Of a stretch of DNA of 64,000 nt, positions 1-13,282 are shown in pieces. Position numbers and translations under genes: made by a program. Positions within the stretch are counted from its first letter, which is position 1. Each line of letters opens with the position of its first letter. The notes below the pieces were generated by a model, which was not told the origin of the DNA, ran no database searches, and saw nothing but the letters and a program-made list of their open reading frames with translations. The DNA is from Mobula hypostoma (taxonomy: Eukaryota), in assembly GCF_963921235.1 (NCBI RefSeq), contig NC_086097.1, positions 112,098,001-112,162,000 of the forward strand, given 5' to 3'.

Positions 1-275
1 TAAGTCAAAGGCCAGACTGAGAGTGGTCCATTGGTCCTCACGTTGGGTGTACAGCTCAGGCTAACATTCCTGACTAGTAAAACAAAATCGTTATGGAAAC
101 AATTCTTTCTACATCTGAGTGCAATGATATTCCTGGGTTTCCACCTGGGACTTTCAAGACTGACAGTAGTGAAAACCAAGAGGAAACTACTGACACGATG
201 AAGGAAGCCCTGAAAACCCTCAGAGATGAAGGACCTTCATTGCTGCTCTAAATGGCAGCGAAGTAACAGGCAGTC
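1..275 (+). mobile_element. Fragment of an RTE-related non-autonomous retroposon (cut by window edge)
   Basis: Segment 'ggctaacattcctgactagtaaaacaaaatcgttatggaaac' resembles RTE 5' regions and 'gaccttcattgctgctctaaatggcagcg' resembles RTE 3' ends. Recognised by recall only, no ORF. Confidence 0.45.
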
Positions 276-529
276 TCCTCCTCCTCCATGACTACTTTGA
301 CCACTTTGCATTAAATGGACCTTTTTTGTCAAAGTTGTATATAATTTATGCTTTTCTTGTGAATGTTGTCTGATTCTATGTGACTGTGGTGCTGTTGCAA
401 GTAATATTTTCATTGCACCTTGCATACATGAACTTGCACATATGACAATAAACCCAACTTTGACTTTGACGTACATACTTTCACCAATATTTTCTCTTAC
501 ATCGGCATTCCTAAGATCCTTGCCATTAA

Positions 530-1005
530 CACCCTGGTAGAATTTGAGCAAAGTGTATTACCTCATACTTGTCTGGATTAAATTCCATCTCCCACTGCTC
601 CACTGTTCCAGTTGATCTACATCCAACATTCACCATCTATTAGTTCAACAATTTTATTGTTGTCTGCAGATTTACTAATCAGACCACCTACAGTATATTC
701 AATCCAAGTCACTTACGTTTCTCAAACAAAAGTTCCACATTCAATCCTTAATGTACATTTGTTATATTTGTCAGAAATAAACACCAATCCACCACAATGC
801 TCTACCTTCTACCAGCCAGTCAACTTTGGATCCAGTTTGCGAACATATTGAATCACAAACCCGTGTGGCTTAACCTTCTGGATCAGTCTGCCATGCGGAA
901 TATTGTCAAACACCTTACTGAAATCCTTGTAAACTGCCTCTGCCACTTTGCTGTCATCAATTTTCTTAGCTATCTCCTCAAAAAACTCGATCAAAATACT
1001 CACTA
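530..1005 (-). mobile_element. Decayed CR1 LINE RT fragment
   Basis: ORF 809..1009(-) LIEFFEEIAKKIDDSKVAEAVYKDFSKVFDNIPHGRLIQKVK matches the CR1 RT segment LIEFFEDVT...VDVVYLDFQKAFDKVPH of the intact copy at 43368-46400. Confidence 0.8.
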
Positions 1006-1764
1006 GCAAATGACATAAGGAGCAATACTGAAATTACAACTCTTGAGATCCTGTTTTTCAACTTCCTATTTGACTCACTAAATCCCTTTTGTTATTCACT
1101 TTCTGCCTTTGTTTAAACCAACATGAACATCAACCTCTGGTTGCTCACCCTGCCCTTTTAGAATGGTCTCCATCCATTCGGAGACATCCCGGAATCTTTC
1201 TCACAGACATGAAAACATTTATCTGTCTCTTCGACTATCAAGTACCTCTTTGCTGCTTTGTCCTACCTTGCTCTTTCACTGCTTTTCCCTGCCCTGTTAA
1301 TAGCAGAGTCAATCATTATGTCACTGATTTGACTACTGCAGTTGTCCTTGACAGAAGTTCCTAAGTGGTATATCTGTTGGAAAACATTTCCACCATAGTT
1401 TGTGTAGGTAATGTTGGGAAGTAAACAAAGTCTGACAGGAAGGAACACAGAGAAAATAAATAGATTTTTAAACAAAAGCCAATATATGCTGGAGTTTCTT
1501 CATCACAATTGGTCATTGGGGTTGACACTAAAAAGATATTTATAAAAGATTTATAAATAAGAAAAAATTAAGAAGCTAATTTGAGTGTGGTATATTCACA
1601 CTTCAATGACCTCCACTCTATCCTTAAGACTTCCCGATTACAAATGGTACAATCACAATACTACACAAAAATATTCAGCTTTTCATCTACCAGAATCAAA
1701 AACTTGTGTCCTGAAAATATTTTGTTTAGTTTATTTTCATTGGAGTACATAGAAGTATGTTTTT

Positions 1765-1803
1765 AACATAACATTATTAACATAACATAACATTAACATA
1801 ACA
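1765..1803. repeat. Imperfect (TAACA)n microsatellite
   Basis: taacataacattattaacataacataacattaacataaca. Confidence 0.7.
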
Positions 1804-1904
1804 GCATCACATTATTACACACTTAATCTCCTACGATTTACACTACTTACAAACAATAGTTTCAAAGCATAGCCCAGTCATCTCTATCCAGAACACGCTC
1901 AAGC

Positions 1905-2505
1905 CCACGTGGAGCTCATCAGCCCCAGCGGCTGTATTTCATTAGGAGTTTGAGGAGGTTTGGTATGTCATCAAAACACTTGCAAATTTCTAAGATGTAC
2001 TGTGGAGAGCATTCTAAATGGCTGCATCAGTGTCTGGTATGGGGGTGAAGGTGGGGGGGGGGCTTTACTGTACAGGATCAAGTAAACTGCAGAGAGTTGT
2101 TAAATTAGTCAGCTCCATCATGGACACTAGCCTCCATAGTATCCAGGACATCTTCAAGGAGCATGCTTCAAAAAGGCAGCGTCCATCATTAAGGACCCCA
2201 ATCACTCAGCACATGCCTTCTTCTCATTGCTACTATTCAGAAGGGAGCACAGAAGACTGAAGGCACACACTCAGCGATTCAGGAACAGAGCTCTTCCCCT
2301 ATGCCATCGATTTCCGAAACCATGAACACTACCTTATTACATTTTTTTTCTATTTTTGCCCCACTTATTTAATTAAACTATATTTAAATTTACTGTAATA
2401 CGCATTTTCTTTTTCTATTATTATGTATTGCATTTGTACTACCGCCCCAAAGTTAACAAATTTCACAACATATGCAGGTGATATTAAACCTGAGTCTGAT
2501 CTCTG
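1905..2505 (+). mobile_element. Rex1/Babar-type LINE 3' fragment
   Basis: Decayed LYFIRSLRRFGMS...RCTVESIL and KLQRVVKLVSSIMDTSL (ORF 2018..2260), which resembles the C-terminus of the Rex1 copy at 37051-37422. Ends in 'attaaacctgagtctgatctctga' short-repeat tail. Confidence 0.7.
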
Positions 2506-4424
2506 ACTGGATTCCATGTGATCTTTCTTCAGGGACACCCAGGTTATACATCAAAGTATGGTTGTGTGTGAGAGCCAGACAGTGTTTGAATTGGTCATAA
2601 AGTGGCTGGTAAAATATTTACTCAGTTTAAACACCTCAGATCCACTTTCATTCCCTCCTTTAAAACACTGATGAATATCTTCTAATTGACTTGATTTATC
2701 TATTTAAACAAATGCATTGCAGACAATGGTGAATTATAGTAATAACTAAGTATGCTGAAATTATGAATAATATTTGTAAACATTGATTTTTAGAAAGAAG
2801 CAATGTAATACAAGAAATTCTTAACAGATAGAGAGTCAATTAAGTGGAACAAGATAGCATGCAATCCTCTTGTAAACCAATAATCACTGACTTCCAATAA
2901 ACACTTAGTTGTCTGGAAACACTAGGGAAAATTGTTTGACTACAAAATACTTTGAAAAACATGTTTAGACAGTAAAAAAACACATAATTGTGGAGACAAT
3001 TTAGCCTGGAAAAGCTGAAGAAAAATAAAAAGAATTCTGAAGATATCGTAAGTGATATTTGACAATTCAAATCATTATAAAATACTCACTTCTACAGATG
3101 TCTAGATGTAATCGCTGCTCAATGTTCAAAAAAGTAGAGTGCACTGCATCAGTTGAGTGAATCTTGTATAGGTCTAGCCTTCTGAGTCTGATGTATTAGA
3201 CCTGAACCATGGTAGAAATGATGTTGATTATCAGGTGATCGCAAAATTAACTGGACTAAAGGAAATCAATGAGCTTTCATTGTGACTAACAGCAATGCAA
3301 TATTGTGGAACTGAAAACTCTATCAGAGGAGGTTGTGTTTCTAAGCCATCATAATTTTAAACAGGAGGTGTCAACCTAAAACTGCTTCCCAAGAAAATTA
3401 TAAGTTCATTTTTCTCCTTGGATGAAGTACTACTTTTATGTTTTGTTTCCTGTGGTCATGGTAATCATGTCACGGTATGACATCAACAAAGGGGAACAGA
3501 CTGAAAGCAGATAAAATGGCTTGCATCTGTCACATGGAAGAACTGAAAGGCAAAAGAAAGTTTTCAATAAAATTACAAGACTATGTAGATGAGATTAAGA
3601 AGTATGAAACCTATTTTAGAGATAGAAGGATCCTATTTTGAAACAGGCCAGCTGATTGTAAAGTTGAATGTGCTCTTCTGGGATAATTAAACAAGGTTAC
3701 CATAGATATTTCCAATAATGGCTGGCTGAAGTATTGCTTGTGAGATATTCCCTTTCTATCATACTATATCATACTATATTTCTGATAGTCAGATGTTTAT
3801 TTTCAGTACTTTTCTCCTCCAGCTGGATGCGTTTGAAAGCAGTGCTTTACTATATTTTCAACTATAAAAAGGAATTTGTATGCACCGGGGGATCATAATG
3901 ACGGTGTTCTAAATCCACAACCCTTGTGACATTGTGTATCACCAGAGTTGTTCTCAACTTGCATGACAATTGTCCTTATGATGTGGTTTTCTTGACTTCA
4001 ATTACTAACAAAGTATTAGCAAAAACCAGAAATGCACAGACAAACAAGTATGTAGAAAACCCACAATGATTGCAAAAGTTAATCCACTTTGTTGTGAAAG
4101 ACATCAGAGGAACAAATTCAAACTACAGAGGAATAAACACCATCTTTTCTGTTAGGTCTGCTCACCCAAGAAGATAATCCTTTACATGAATAGATATTTC
4201 TCAAAAAATATTTGGATTACAACATTGTTCATATGCCAATCTATATATTTAGTGAATTTCTGAGGACCTAGAGCTGAATTATATATTTAAAGAAATTGCA
4301 CATTTCACCCTACAAGCCAGATGTTCACTGACATGACAGGAAAATTGATTGAAGAATGCAATTTTTTCAATACAGTTACCTGAGAAGAAAACAAGAGTTT
4401 GGCAGCATTTTATACCCAAATGTT

Positions 4425-4950
4425 AGACCATAAGACATAGGAGCAGAATTAGGCCATTCAGCCCATTGGCCATTCAATTATGGCTGATCCCAGATCCACT
4501 CAACCTCATACACCTGTGCCTTCTCACCATATCCTTTGATGCCCTGACCGATCAGGAAACTATCAACTTCCACCTTAAAAATACCCACAGACGGTCTCCA
4601 CTGCAAAGCATTCCACAAATTCACTACTTTCTGGCTAAAAATATTCCTCCTTACCTCTGTTCTAAAAGGTCACCCCTCAATTTTGAGGCTGTATCCTTTA
4701 GTTCTAGATACCCCTGTCATAGGAAACATCCTCTCCACATCCACCCTATCTAGTCCTTTCAACACTCAGTAGGTTTCAATGAGATCACCCTGCACTCTTC
4801 TAAATTCCAACAAGTACAGGCCCAAAGCTGCCAAATGCTCCTCATATGTTAACCCCTTCGTTCCTGGTATCATCCTCGTGAACTTCCTCTGGACTCTCTC
4901 CAACGACAACACATCCTTTCTGAGATATGGGGCCCAAAACTGTTGACTGA
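4425..4950 (-). mobile_element. CR1 LINE 3' fragment
   Basis: Reverse-complemented CR1 tail and 3'UTR (agaccataagacataggagcagaattaggccattc) followed by RT C-terminal sequence similar to 45950-46470. Confidence 0.85.
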
Positions 4951-5689
4951 CCGGACTTCATCTGAGGAATTTAGGAAGGGATTGGACATGAGGTAATCAT
5001 TAGAAAATATACACCACTGATCATTTGATGGAAAGAATGTTATTGACAAAGCTGATAAAAATGATCACTAGTTATCTGTCCTGAGTAACTCCAGCAGTGA
5101 TATTTTGTGGCTGGGATGATTGACATCTGGCAAGCATAAAAAGTGAAGTATAACTATCTTTCTTGATGAAAGGATGGACTTTAGGCAGTGGAGAGATTTC
5201 TTCCCCTACGCTGATTTGTACTAGTATCATATTCAGAGAAATGCCATGTTAATGTTAAGAGGTCATTCTCACTGGACCTCTTGAATTCATTTCTTCAGTC
5301 TGTATGTCAGTGAAAGCTGTAATGAAGTTTGGTCAAAATAATTCCTGGTGAAATCTAACTGGGTGTCAGTGAATAGATTATTAAAGAGTGAATGATGGTA
5401 GACAGCATTGCTGTGAATTCACCTGATGTTTTACTAATAATTGAGAGTGGGTGAATTGATGGTAATTTGCTGGATGCAACTTACCATGTGTTATTGGACA
5501 GTTGGTGCTATTGAACTCGTACCAGAGCAACTTGTCCAAAAGTGCATCTTGTTCTGGAGCGCAAGACTTCAATACTGTATCTGCATGCCACTATCTGGCC
5601 TGATAACCTTTGCTATTATCATGCTCTCAGGTATTTCTGATGTCACAAATAGTTGATGCAATTGTCAGAAAACTGGCTTCCATGGTAAT

Positions 5690-6910
5690 AAGACCATAAA
5701 ATATAGGAGCAGAATTAGGCCATTGGGCCCATTGAGTCTGCTCTGCCATTTCATCATTTTTCTCTCTGCCCCAGTCTCCTGCTTTTTCCCCGTACCTCTT
5801 CATGCCCTTACCAATCAAGAATCTATCAACCTCTGCCTTAAGTATACATAAAGTCTTGGCCTCCACAGCTGTTTGTGGCAAAGAATTCCACAGATTCACC
5901 ACTCTCTGGCTAAAGAAATTCCTCATTTCCATTCTAAAATGACATCCTTCTGTTCTGAGGCTGTGACCACTGGGTCTTAGACTCTCCCACATAGGCAACA
6001 TCCTCTCCACATCTACTCTATCAAGGCCTTTTACCATTCAATGGGGTCACCCTCATTTTTCTGAACTTTAGTGAATACAGGCCCAGAGCCATCAAATGTT
6101 CTTTGTATGTCAAGCCATTCAATCCTGGAATCATTTTTGTGACCCTCCTTTGTACCTCTCCAGTTTCAACACATCCTTTCTAAGATAAGGGGTCCCAAGC
6201 TGTTTGCAATACTCCAAGTGAGGCCTCACCAGTGCTTTATTAAGTCTCAACATTACATCCTTGCTTTTATATTCTAGTCCTCTTGAAAGGAATGCTAACA
6301 TTACAGTTGCCCTCCTCATCACTGACTCAATCTGCAAATTAACCTTTGGGGAATCCTACACAAGGACCCCCAAGTCCCTTTGCACCTCAGTTTTTTTGCA
6401 TTTTCTCTCCATTTAGAAAATAGCTTTTCCATTTCTTCTATCAAAATACACGACCATACACTTCCCGATACTGTATTCCATCTGCCATTTCTTTGCCAAT
6501 CTTCCTAATCTGTCTAAATCCTTCTGTAGCTTCTCTACTTCCTCCAAACTATCTGCCCCTCTACCTACCCTCATATTGTCTGCAACCTTTGCAACAAAGC
6601 TATCAATTCCATAAATTATTGACATGTAACGTAAAAAGAATCAGTCTCAACACAGACCTCTGTGGGATACCACTAGTCACTGACAGCCAACCAGAAAAGC
6701 CTCCCTTCATTCCCACTCTTTGCCTCCTGCCAATCAGCTTCTACTTTATCCATGCTAGAATCTTTCCTGTAGTTCCCTGGGCTTGTAGCTTGTTAAGCAG
6801 CCTCAAGTGTGGCACCTTTTCAAAGGCTTCCTGAAAACCCAAGTACACAATGTCAGTGATTCTCCTTTGTCTATCCTGCTTATTATTGACTTCAAAGAAT
6901 TCCAAGAGAT
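5690..6910 (-). mobile_element. CR1 LINE 3' portion, frameshifted
   Basis: ORFs 5627..6037, 6131..6337 and 6413..6625 (RNFFSQRVVNLWNSLP, ALVRPHLEYC, FVAKVADN). Tail 'aagaccataaaatataggagcagaattaggcc'. Confidence 0.9.
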
Positions 6911-6929
6911 CTCTAAGATGAGAGATTTA

Positions 6930-7430
6930 GGCGCATTGGCCTTCATGAATCAAAGTACTGAGTGCAGCAGTTGGCACGTAATGTTGAAGTTGTGTAAGAT
7001 GTTGGTGAGGCCTAATTTGAAGTATTGTGTGCAGTTCTGGTGACCTACCTACAGGAAGGATATCATTAAGATTGAAAGAGTGCAGAGAAAATTTACAAGA
7101 ACGTTGCTGGGACTTGACCTGAGTTATAGGGAAAGGTTAAGTAGGTTAGGACTTCATTCCTTGGAGTGTATGATTGATAGATGTATACAAAATTATGAGG
7201 GGTATAGAGAGGGTAAATGAAAGCAGGCCTTTTCTATTGAGGTTGGGTGAGACTAGAACTAGAAGCCATCCATTAAATGTGATAAGGGGAACATGAGGAA
7301 GACTTCTTCATTCAGAGATTGGTGAGAGTGTAAAATGTGTTGCCAGTTGAAGTGGTGGATGCGGATTCATTAGTCATGGACTAAATGGGCCAAAGAGACT
7401 GCTTCTGTGTTGTAGTGCTCTGGGACTCTA
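6930..7430 (+). mobile_element. CR1 LINE 3' fragment
   Basis: VMLKLCKMLVRPNLKYCVQFW (end of ORF 6807..7043). 3'UTR 'aaatgggccaaagagactgcttctgtgttgtagtgctct'. Confidence 0.85.
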
Positions 7431-7479
7431 CGTCTCTGTACTAGGGACATGGTAGAACAATGACATACGTCATTAAGGT

Positions 7480-8330
7480 AATGATGACTGTTAATAAAAT
7501 ATTAAAAAAACAATGTTGTTGGTCATTATTTCCCAGTGGATAGGTTTGAAGAATAGAAAATGTATATCAGCCATGTTTAGAAAATTGTTGAGACAACATC
7601 TGGAGTCCAGTGATTATGGAAAATAATTGGGCCTCCGGAGAAGGTGCAACTTTATAGATCGGTACTGAAAGTGAAAGCTGGATTCTTCTGAAAGCAGGCT
7701 GGAGCTTCTCTCTATATGCTTGAGAATAAGCCGAGAAAAGCATTTTTGCTAGGCTTTGAAAGAGAGTGTAAAGAATATACTTCTAGTTATGGGAAACTAG
7801 AATTCGGTGAGATAAGTATACAACATCTGCTGCTAAATCCAAGAAAAGAATGACTCCTTGCACTGCTTTCTGCAAGGAGTAGTCAGGATTATTAGATGCC
7901 TATTTTGGAAATGGTTTGGGGTCTAGGACCAGAGGGTACCATCTCAGAATAGAAGGATGTCCCTTTAGAATGGAGATGAGGTGGACTTCTTTAAGCTAGA
8001 AGGTGTTGAATCTGTGGAATTCATTGCCACAGATGGCTGATGATATTAGGACATTAGGTGTATTTAAAGCGGAGATTAATAAGTTCTTCATTGGTAAGGA
8101 TGTCAAAGGTTATGGGGAGAAGGCAAAAGAATGGAGTTCAGAGGAAAAATAAATCAGCATGGTCAAATGGTGGAGCAGACTCAATGGGCTGAATGGCCTT
8201 TTGATCTAATGGATGGTGGGAATGGTCTGATGTACATTTTGGCTGTGAGATGTAGGCAGGTGAGATTTGGGTAATGAGGACCAAAACACCAGCATGGGCC
8301 TATTGGCTGATGGGCCCAATTCTGTACTTC
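7480..8330 (+). mobile_element. Nested decayed CR1 3' fragments
   Basis: 7925-8205 contains 'tgaatctgtggaattcattgccacag' and 'ggagcagactcaatgggctgaatggcc'. Flanks are more eroded CR1-like sequence. Confidence 0.65.
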
Positions 8331-9169
8331 ATAATCCTTAATAATCCTGGCTTCCCCACATGTTCACTCAGCAGTAAAAACAGTGGAAAGCAATTTCTGG
8401 AGAGAAAGCAAAATCCTGGGTTTATACCTCACTAGCTCAGAGGCATGGGTAATTTTAAGACCATGAGACGTAGGAGCAGAATTAGTCCATCAGGTCTTCT
8501 CCTATGTAATTTAGTTTTACCATTTTAATAGTTTAATGTTATAATTTTAATTTTATAACTTTGATGGTTATATAATTTTAGTGACTATCTTTCAGTTCTA
8601 CTTTCCTGGCAACTTTTCTGTCAGGTGACATACTGACTGGGCTACAAGGGAATTTTTTAACATTTTCACATTGCATTGGAGCCTGCTGTAACTGCTTTCT
8701 TCACTTTATCTGGAACACCAATTCTTGGTTAGCTGTAAACATTTTATTAACCAGATTATCTAAGATATAAAGAATTAACTGATAGAAACTTCGTACTATA
8801 TAATTTTGCAGCTAAATGTAACCAAATTACTAGGGCCTGTGATTAAATGTAAGTGCTTATGGAAATGTATATTCAAAACTGACAGATCATATTTCATACA
8901 TGCAGACAAATCAATAAATACCTTCTCATGTAATAATAGCTTTTACAACCAAAATGTATTTTTATATACTCAACATAAATTCAGTCTTTATCCATTCCTT
9001 TGTCTGTTTTATAAGTTTTAAGGTTTTGAGCAATAATGCCAAATAATATTATAACATTTCTTAATGCCTGCATTACTAAATGACGATAAAAGAGGACTGC
9101 GTGTCCCCATAATTTAATTTTAAAAAGCCAAAGAAATAAGCACCTTTTATAGAGGAAAGATTCTAGCAT

Positions 9170-10093
9170 AGCTAATCAGCCAATCATGTGGCAGCAACTC
9201 AATGTGCAAAAGCATGCAGACATGGTCAAGAGGTTCAGTTGTTCAGACCAAACATTGAATGGAGGAGACGTGATATAACTGACTTCTGCCATGGAATAAT
9301 TGCTGGTGCCAGAAAGGGTAATTTGAGTGTCTCAGGAACTGTTAACCTCCTAGGTTTTTCACACACAACAGTCTTCAGAGCTTATAGAAACATAGAAACA
9401 TAAAAAATAGGTGCAGGAGTAGGCCATTTGGCCCTTCGAGCCTGCACCGCCATTCAGTATGATCATGGCTGATCATCCAACTCAGATCCCTGTACCAGCC
9501 TTCCCTCCATACCCCCTGATCCCTTTAGCCACAAGGGCCATATCTAACTTCCTCTTAAATATAGCCAATGAACTGGCCTCAACTGTTTCCTATGGCAGAG
9601 AATTTCACGGATTCACCACTCTCTGTGTGAAGAAGTTTTTCCTAATCTCGGTCCTAAAAGGCTTCCCCTTTATCCTCAAACTGCGACCCCTCGTTCTGGA
9701 CTTCCCCAATATCGGGAACAATCTTCCTGCATCTAGCCTGTCCAATCCCTTTAGGATTTTATACATTTCAATAAGGTCCCCCCTCAATCTTCTAAATTCC
9801 AACGAGCATAAGCCTAGTCGATCCAGTCTTTCCTCATATGAAAGTCCTGCCATCCCAGGAATCATAGAGAATGGTGCAGAAGAAAAATAATCAGTGACAG
9901 TTCTTATTAGTGAGAGAGGTCAGAGTAGAATGGGCAGACTGCTTCAAGTTGACAGAAAGGCGACAGTAACTCAAATAACGACACCTTATAAGAGTAGTGT
10001 GCAGAAGGGAATCACTATACGTGCAATCATTGAAGTGGATACAGTAGCAGAAGACCACAAAAGAAGGTACCTAATAACATGGTCAATGAGTAT
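9170..10093 (+). mobile_element. Non-autonomous Tc1-like DNA transposon, interrupted by a CR1
   Basis: Transposase N-terminal HTH remnants (DFCHGIIAGARKGNLSVSGTVNLLGFSHTTVFRAYR; ERGQSRMGRLLQVDRKATVTQITT). Degenerate right TIR 'gtacctaataacatggtcaatgagta'. Same family as 16263, 54173 and 60040. Confidence 0.8.
9389..9863 (-). mobile_element. Young 5'-truncated CR1 insertion
   Basis: Near-identical to the 3' end of the 43120-46503 element (ORF 9605..9865). Flanked by 'ataga' at 9384-9388 and 9864-9868. Confidence 0.95.
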
Positions 10094-10734
10094 ATGTCCT
10101 GCAAGTTGAAGAAATAATAGTTTCCTTGTACATGTTACTTGGATTTATGCAGCTGATCTTAGACAATGTACCATTAATTTCCAGTTGTCTTCCATAACAT
10201 AGGACAACCTTATAAGGCAGTATTCCCTGGTTTCCATGGGTCATCGACTGAAAGAGTGGATAATCAGGAGAACTTCATCAGCAATTCAGTTTGTAATCTA
10301 TATAAGGGAATCATATCCACTCATCTATTGATTAGTTTTCTGTAAAGTGGTCTAGTAACATATTTCCTGTAATACTGTGAATTCATACAAATGTTTGTAT
10401 TGTTTGATTCTGTGACTAATACAATGCGTCCACTCAAAAGCTTGTTATCCCATGGTTTGTGTCTAGGCCACTGCATACTTTCTGGTTTATGCATTATAAG
10501 GCAAACAAAATTAAATACTGCATCCTTTCAAATGATCTAACATGTCAATAAGTGAAAAAATAGACCATAAAACACCAAACCACAAATCATGAAAAAAGTC
10601 CAGGCATGTTTATTTAGTTGAGCTCAGCTAGCTGCAGCTAATATGAGTTCACTGTTTTAGATAGGAGAAATTACATTGTGGGATAAGGAAATGTCAGAGA
10701 AATTAAGGATGTAAGAGAAATAAGCACCTTTTAT

Positions 10735-10975
10735 ACAAATCTTACTCTAATTTTCTCCATGTTTCAACCATTTCTCTACCATGTACACCAGGGGTATTTT
10801 ACTTACCAACCCATATGCTTTTGGCATGTAAGAGGGAACTGGAGCATCTGGAGGAACACTATGGTGCCATAGGAAGAACATGCATATGCCTCACAGGCAA
10901 AACTGGTGGTCTGATGTGAATTTGGGTCTCTGAAGTGTGAGGCAGTGGTTCTACTAGCTGTTTTATTGTGCTGTA
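10735..10975 (-). mobile_element. Decayed tRNA-derived V-SINE-like element
   Basis: Reverse complement resembles the V-SINE central domain (gcatgttcttcctatggcaccatagtgttcctccagatgctccagttccctc). Assignment by recall. Confidence 0.5.
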
Positions 10976-11052
10976 CTTAATTTTTCATTAAGTACCATCA
11001 CAATAGATCTGACTTAAGTCATTTACTCACTAAAGTTCACACTTGTTCAACC

Positions 11053-11230
11053 CTTACCATTTTATTCTGGTGTCTTTCTGCCTTCCTTCTCAGTCCTGAA
11101 GAAGGGTCTCACCCCGAAACATTGACTGTTTATTCATTTCCATCAATGCTGCCTGACCTGCTGAGTTCCTCCGACATTTTGTTGTGTTGCTTTGGATTTC
11201 CAGCAACTGCAGACTTTCCTGTGTTTATAA
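11053..11230 (+). mobile_element. Penelope-derived short 3' fragment with decayed hammerhead motif
   Basis: cagtc-CTGAAGA-a-ggg..ccc-GAAAC-att-gactg at 11091-11128, then 'gctgcctgacctgctgagttcctcc', shared with the Penelope copies at 32392 and 33780. Confidence 0.8.
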
Positions 11231-11384
11231 TTAACCAGTTCTAGCTTGTTAATCAACTATCCAGGAGACAAAAGATGAATTATTAATTACGAAGTATCAC
11301 TGTAATTTAAATTATTCCTTTTTACTCACCAGTCCACACTCCATGGATTCTGCACTAAGATAATGAACTGCACTTTAATTCATT

Positions 11385-12172
11385 GTAACACACTAAATCC
11401 TGGAGGAACTCAGCGTGTCAGGCAGCATCTATGGAGGAGAATAAATTGTCAATGTTTCTGGCTATGTCCCTTCATCGGGACAGGAAAGAAAGGTGGAAGA
11501 GTCAGAATAAGAGGTTGGGGAAGGGGCAGGAGTACAAGCTATCAGATGATAGGTAAGACCAGGTGAGGGGGAAGGTTTCTGGGTGGGTGGTGGGTGGGGA
11601 ACAGGGGGAAGAAGCAAGAAGTTGGGAGGTGTTAGGTGGAATGAGTAAAGAACTGAAGAAGAAGGAATCTGATAGGAAGGAGAGTGAAACACGGGAGAAA
11701 GGGAAGGAAGAGGAGCACCAGAGGGAGACAATGACAGGTGAGGAAAAAGATACTGCTAAGAGGGGAGCCAGAATGGAGAAAGGATAAAATAGAAAAGGAA
11801 GGTGGGGAGAAATTACTGAAAATTAGAAAAATCTATATTCATGCTGTCAGGTTGGAAGCTACCCAGACAGAATAAGAGGTGTTATTTCTCCAGCCTGAGA
11901 GTGGCCTTATCATGGCAGTAGAGGAGACCATGGACTGACATGTTGGAATGGAAGTGGGAAGTGGAATTAAAATGGCTGGTCACAGGGAAATCTCACCAGT
12001 TGCGACGAACAGAGCAATGGTACTCAAGAAATTGGTCCCTCAATCTACCTCGGATCTCATTGATATAGAGGAGGTTGTACTGGGAGCACTAGATGTACAG
12101 ATAATCCCAACCAACTCATCAGGTGAAGTATTCTCTCTCCTGGGAGGACTTTTCAGGGCCTTGAATGCTGGG
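11385..12172 (-). mobile_element. Decayed Penelope-like element 3' part
   Basis: Colinear with the reverse-strand Penelope copy at 33780-34510: GIY-YIG remnants, purine-rich tract and degenerate hammerhead at 11446-11483. Confidence 0.8.
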
Positions 12173-13182
12173 GAAAGGAAGCCGAAGTATGTGAGAGAGG
12201 AAAATGAAGAAAGAAAGGGGAAAGGAAAGGAAGAATGAAGACTTTTTTTCTGACTGTATTGTATTCAGTATTTATGCTTAGAGATGAAACAATATTGAAT
12301 CTAAACTTTCAAATCAATGCCAGTTTAAATATATTTATGATGTTCTGCTAATACATATCAGGAAAACCCCATATTATGCTTGGCTAAAGAGAGGTTATCT
12401 TGGTCTTAAAAATTCCACTGGGAAGGGGATTTCACCTTTGATCATAAACATCAGTTTTCACAGAAAATAATATCCATGTGGCTTTCAAATCTATTGCTTA
12501 ATCTTGGATGACATGGGGGAATGAGATGGGACAGAAAAATAGGTTTGTTACCTCTGGAGATTATAAATGAAATCTACCTGCACTGTGAGCTTGCAACTAC
12601 CTGACACCAGAAAAGGTGTTAAGTATAATGCTTAAAGAGCTCATAGATAATTAGTGAGGGTCCTAAACTCTGAATCCTTGACTTACTCTCTCTCCTACAT
12701 TATACCCCTTTTGAATATTATTTGTTGTTTTGGGTTCTCTGCACAGAGTTTTCTCCATCAGAAATCTAATGGCAATAATTGTTTTAATGACTATTAAAAT
12801 CTTTGTCCACAGATTATAATAAATGTACACAAAGTCAAATAATTTAACCACTTAGTCTTCAATAGCTAAATACAACAATCAAAACAGTATGAATTTCTTT
12901 AATCCAGACTTTGCAAATTTCAGACCTCATCAGTCAGCTTGCTTACATTGGAGCTGCTACTTTCAGTTCTTGAAAATGTGATGTAGTTTTCTGCGAACAC
13001 TTTTACAAGAACTTCAACATTTACTGGAATACAGAATCATCTAAACCTATGTTTCTGTGTTGACATCAGCAGAAGGCTGATTTGTCGGTAAAAAAACTGT
13101 AGGTGCTTGAAATTTGAAAAAAAAAGGTCAAGCAGCAGTAAATGAAAGAAGAACGGTGAAAGATTCAGCAGTTTATTGTTTG

Positions 13183-13282
13183 GCTTTTAGATTAATGATA
13201 ATAGATTGTCATTTTGTTTCCAGGAATGTCCAGCTTTTAGATTAATGATAATAGATTGTCATTTCGCTTCCAGGAATATCCA
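13183..13282. repeat. 50-bp tandem duplication
   Basis: Units 13183-13232 and 13233-13282 (gcttttagattaatgataatagattgtcattt..ccaggaat.tcca) differ at 3 positions. Confidence 0.95.

Noticed and set aside
3090..3201. AG...GTGAGT-bounded 112-nt segment on the minus strand
   Set aside because: All three frames contain stops.
4374..4400. Minus-strand polypyrimidine-CAG|GTAACT resembling a recursive splice site
   Set aside because: The donor is imperfect and no host transcript is established. Expected by chance.
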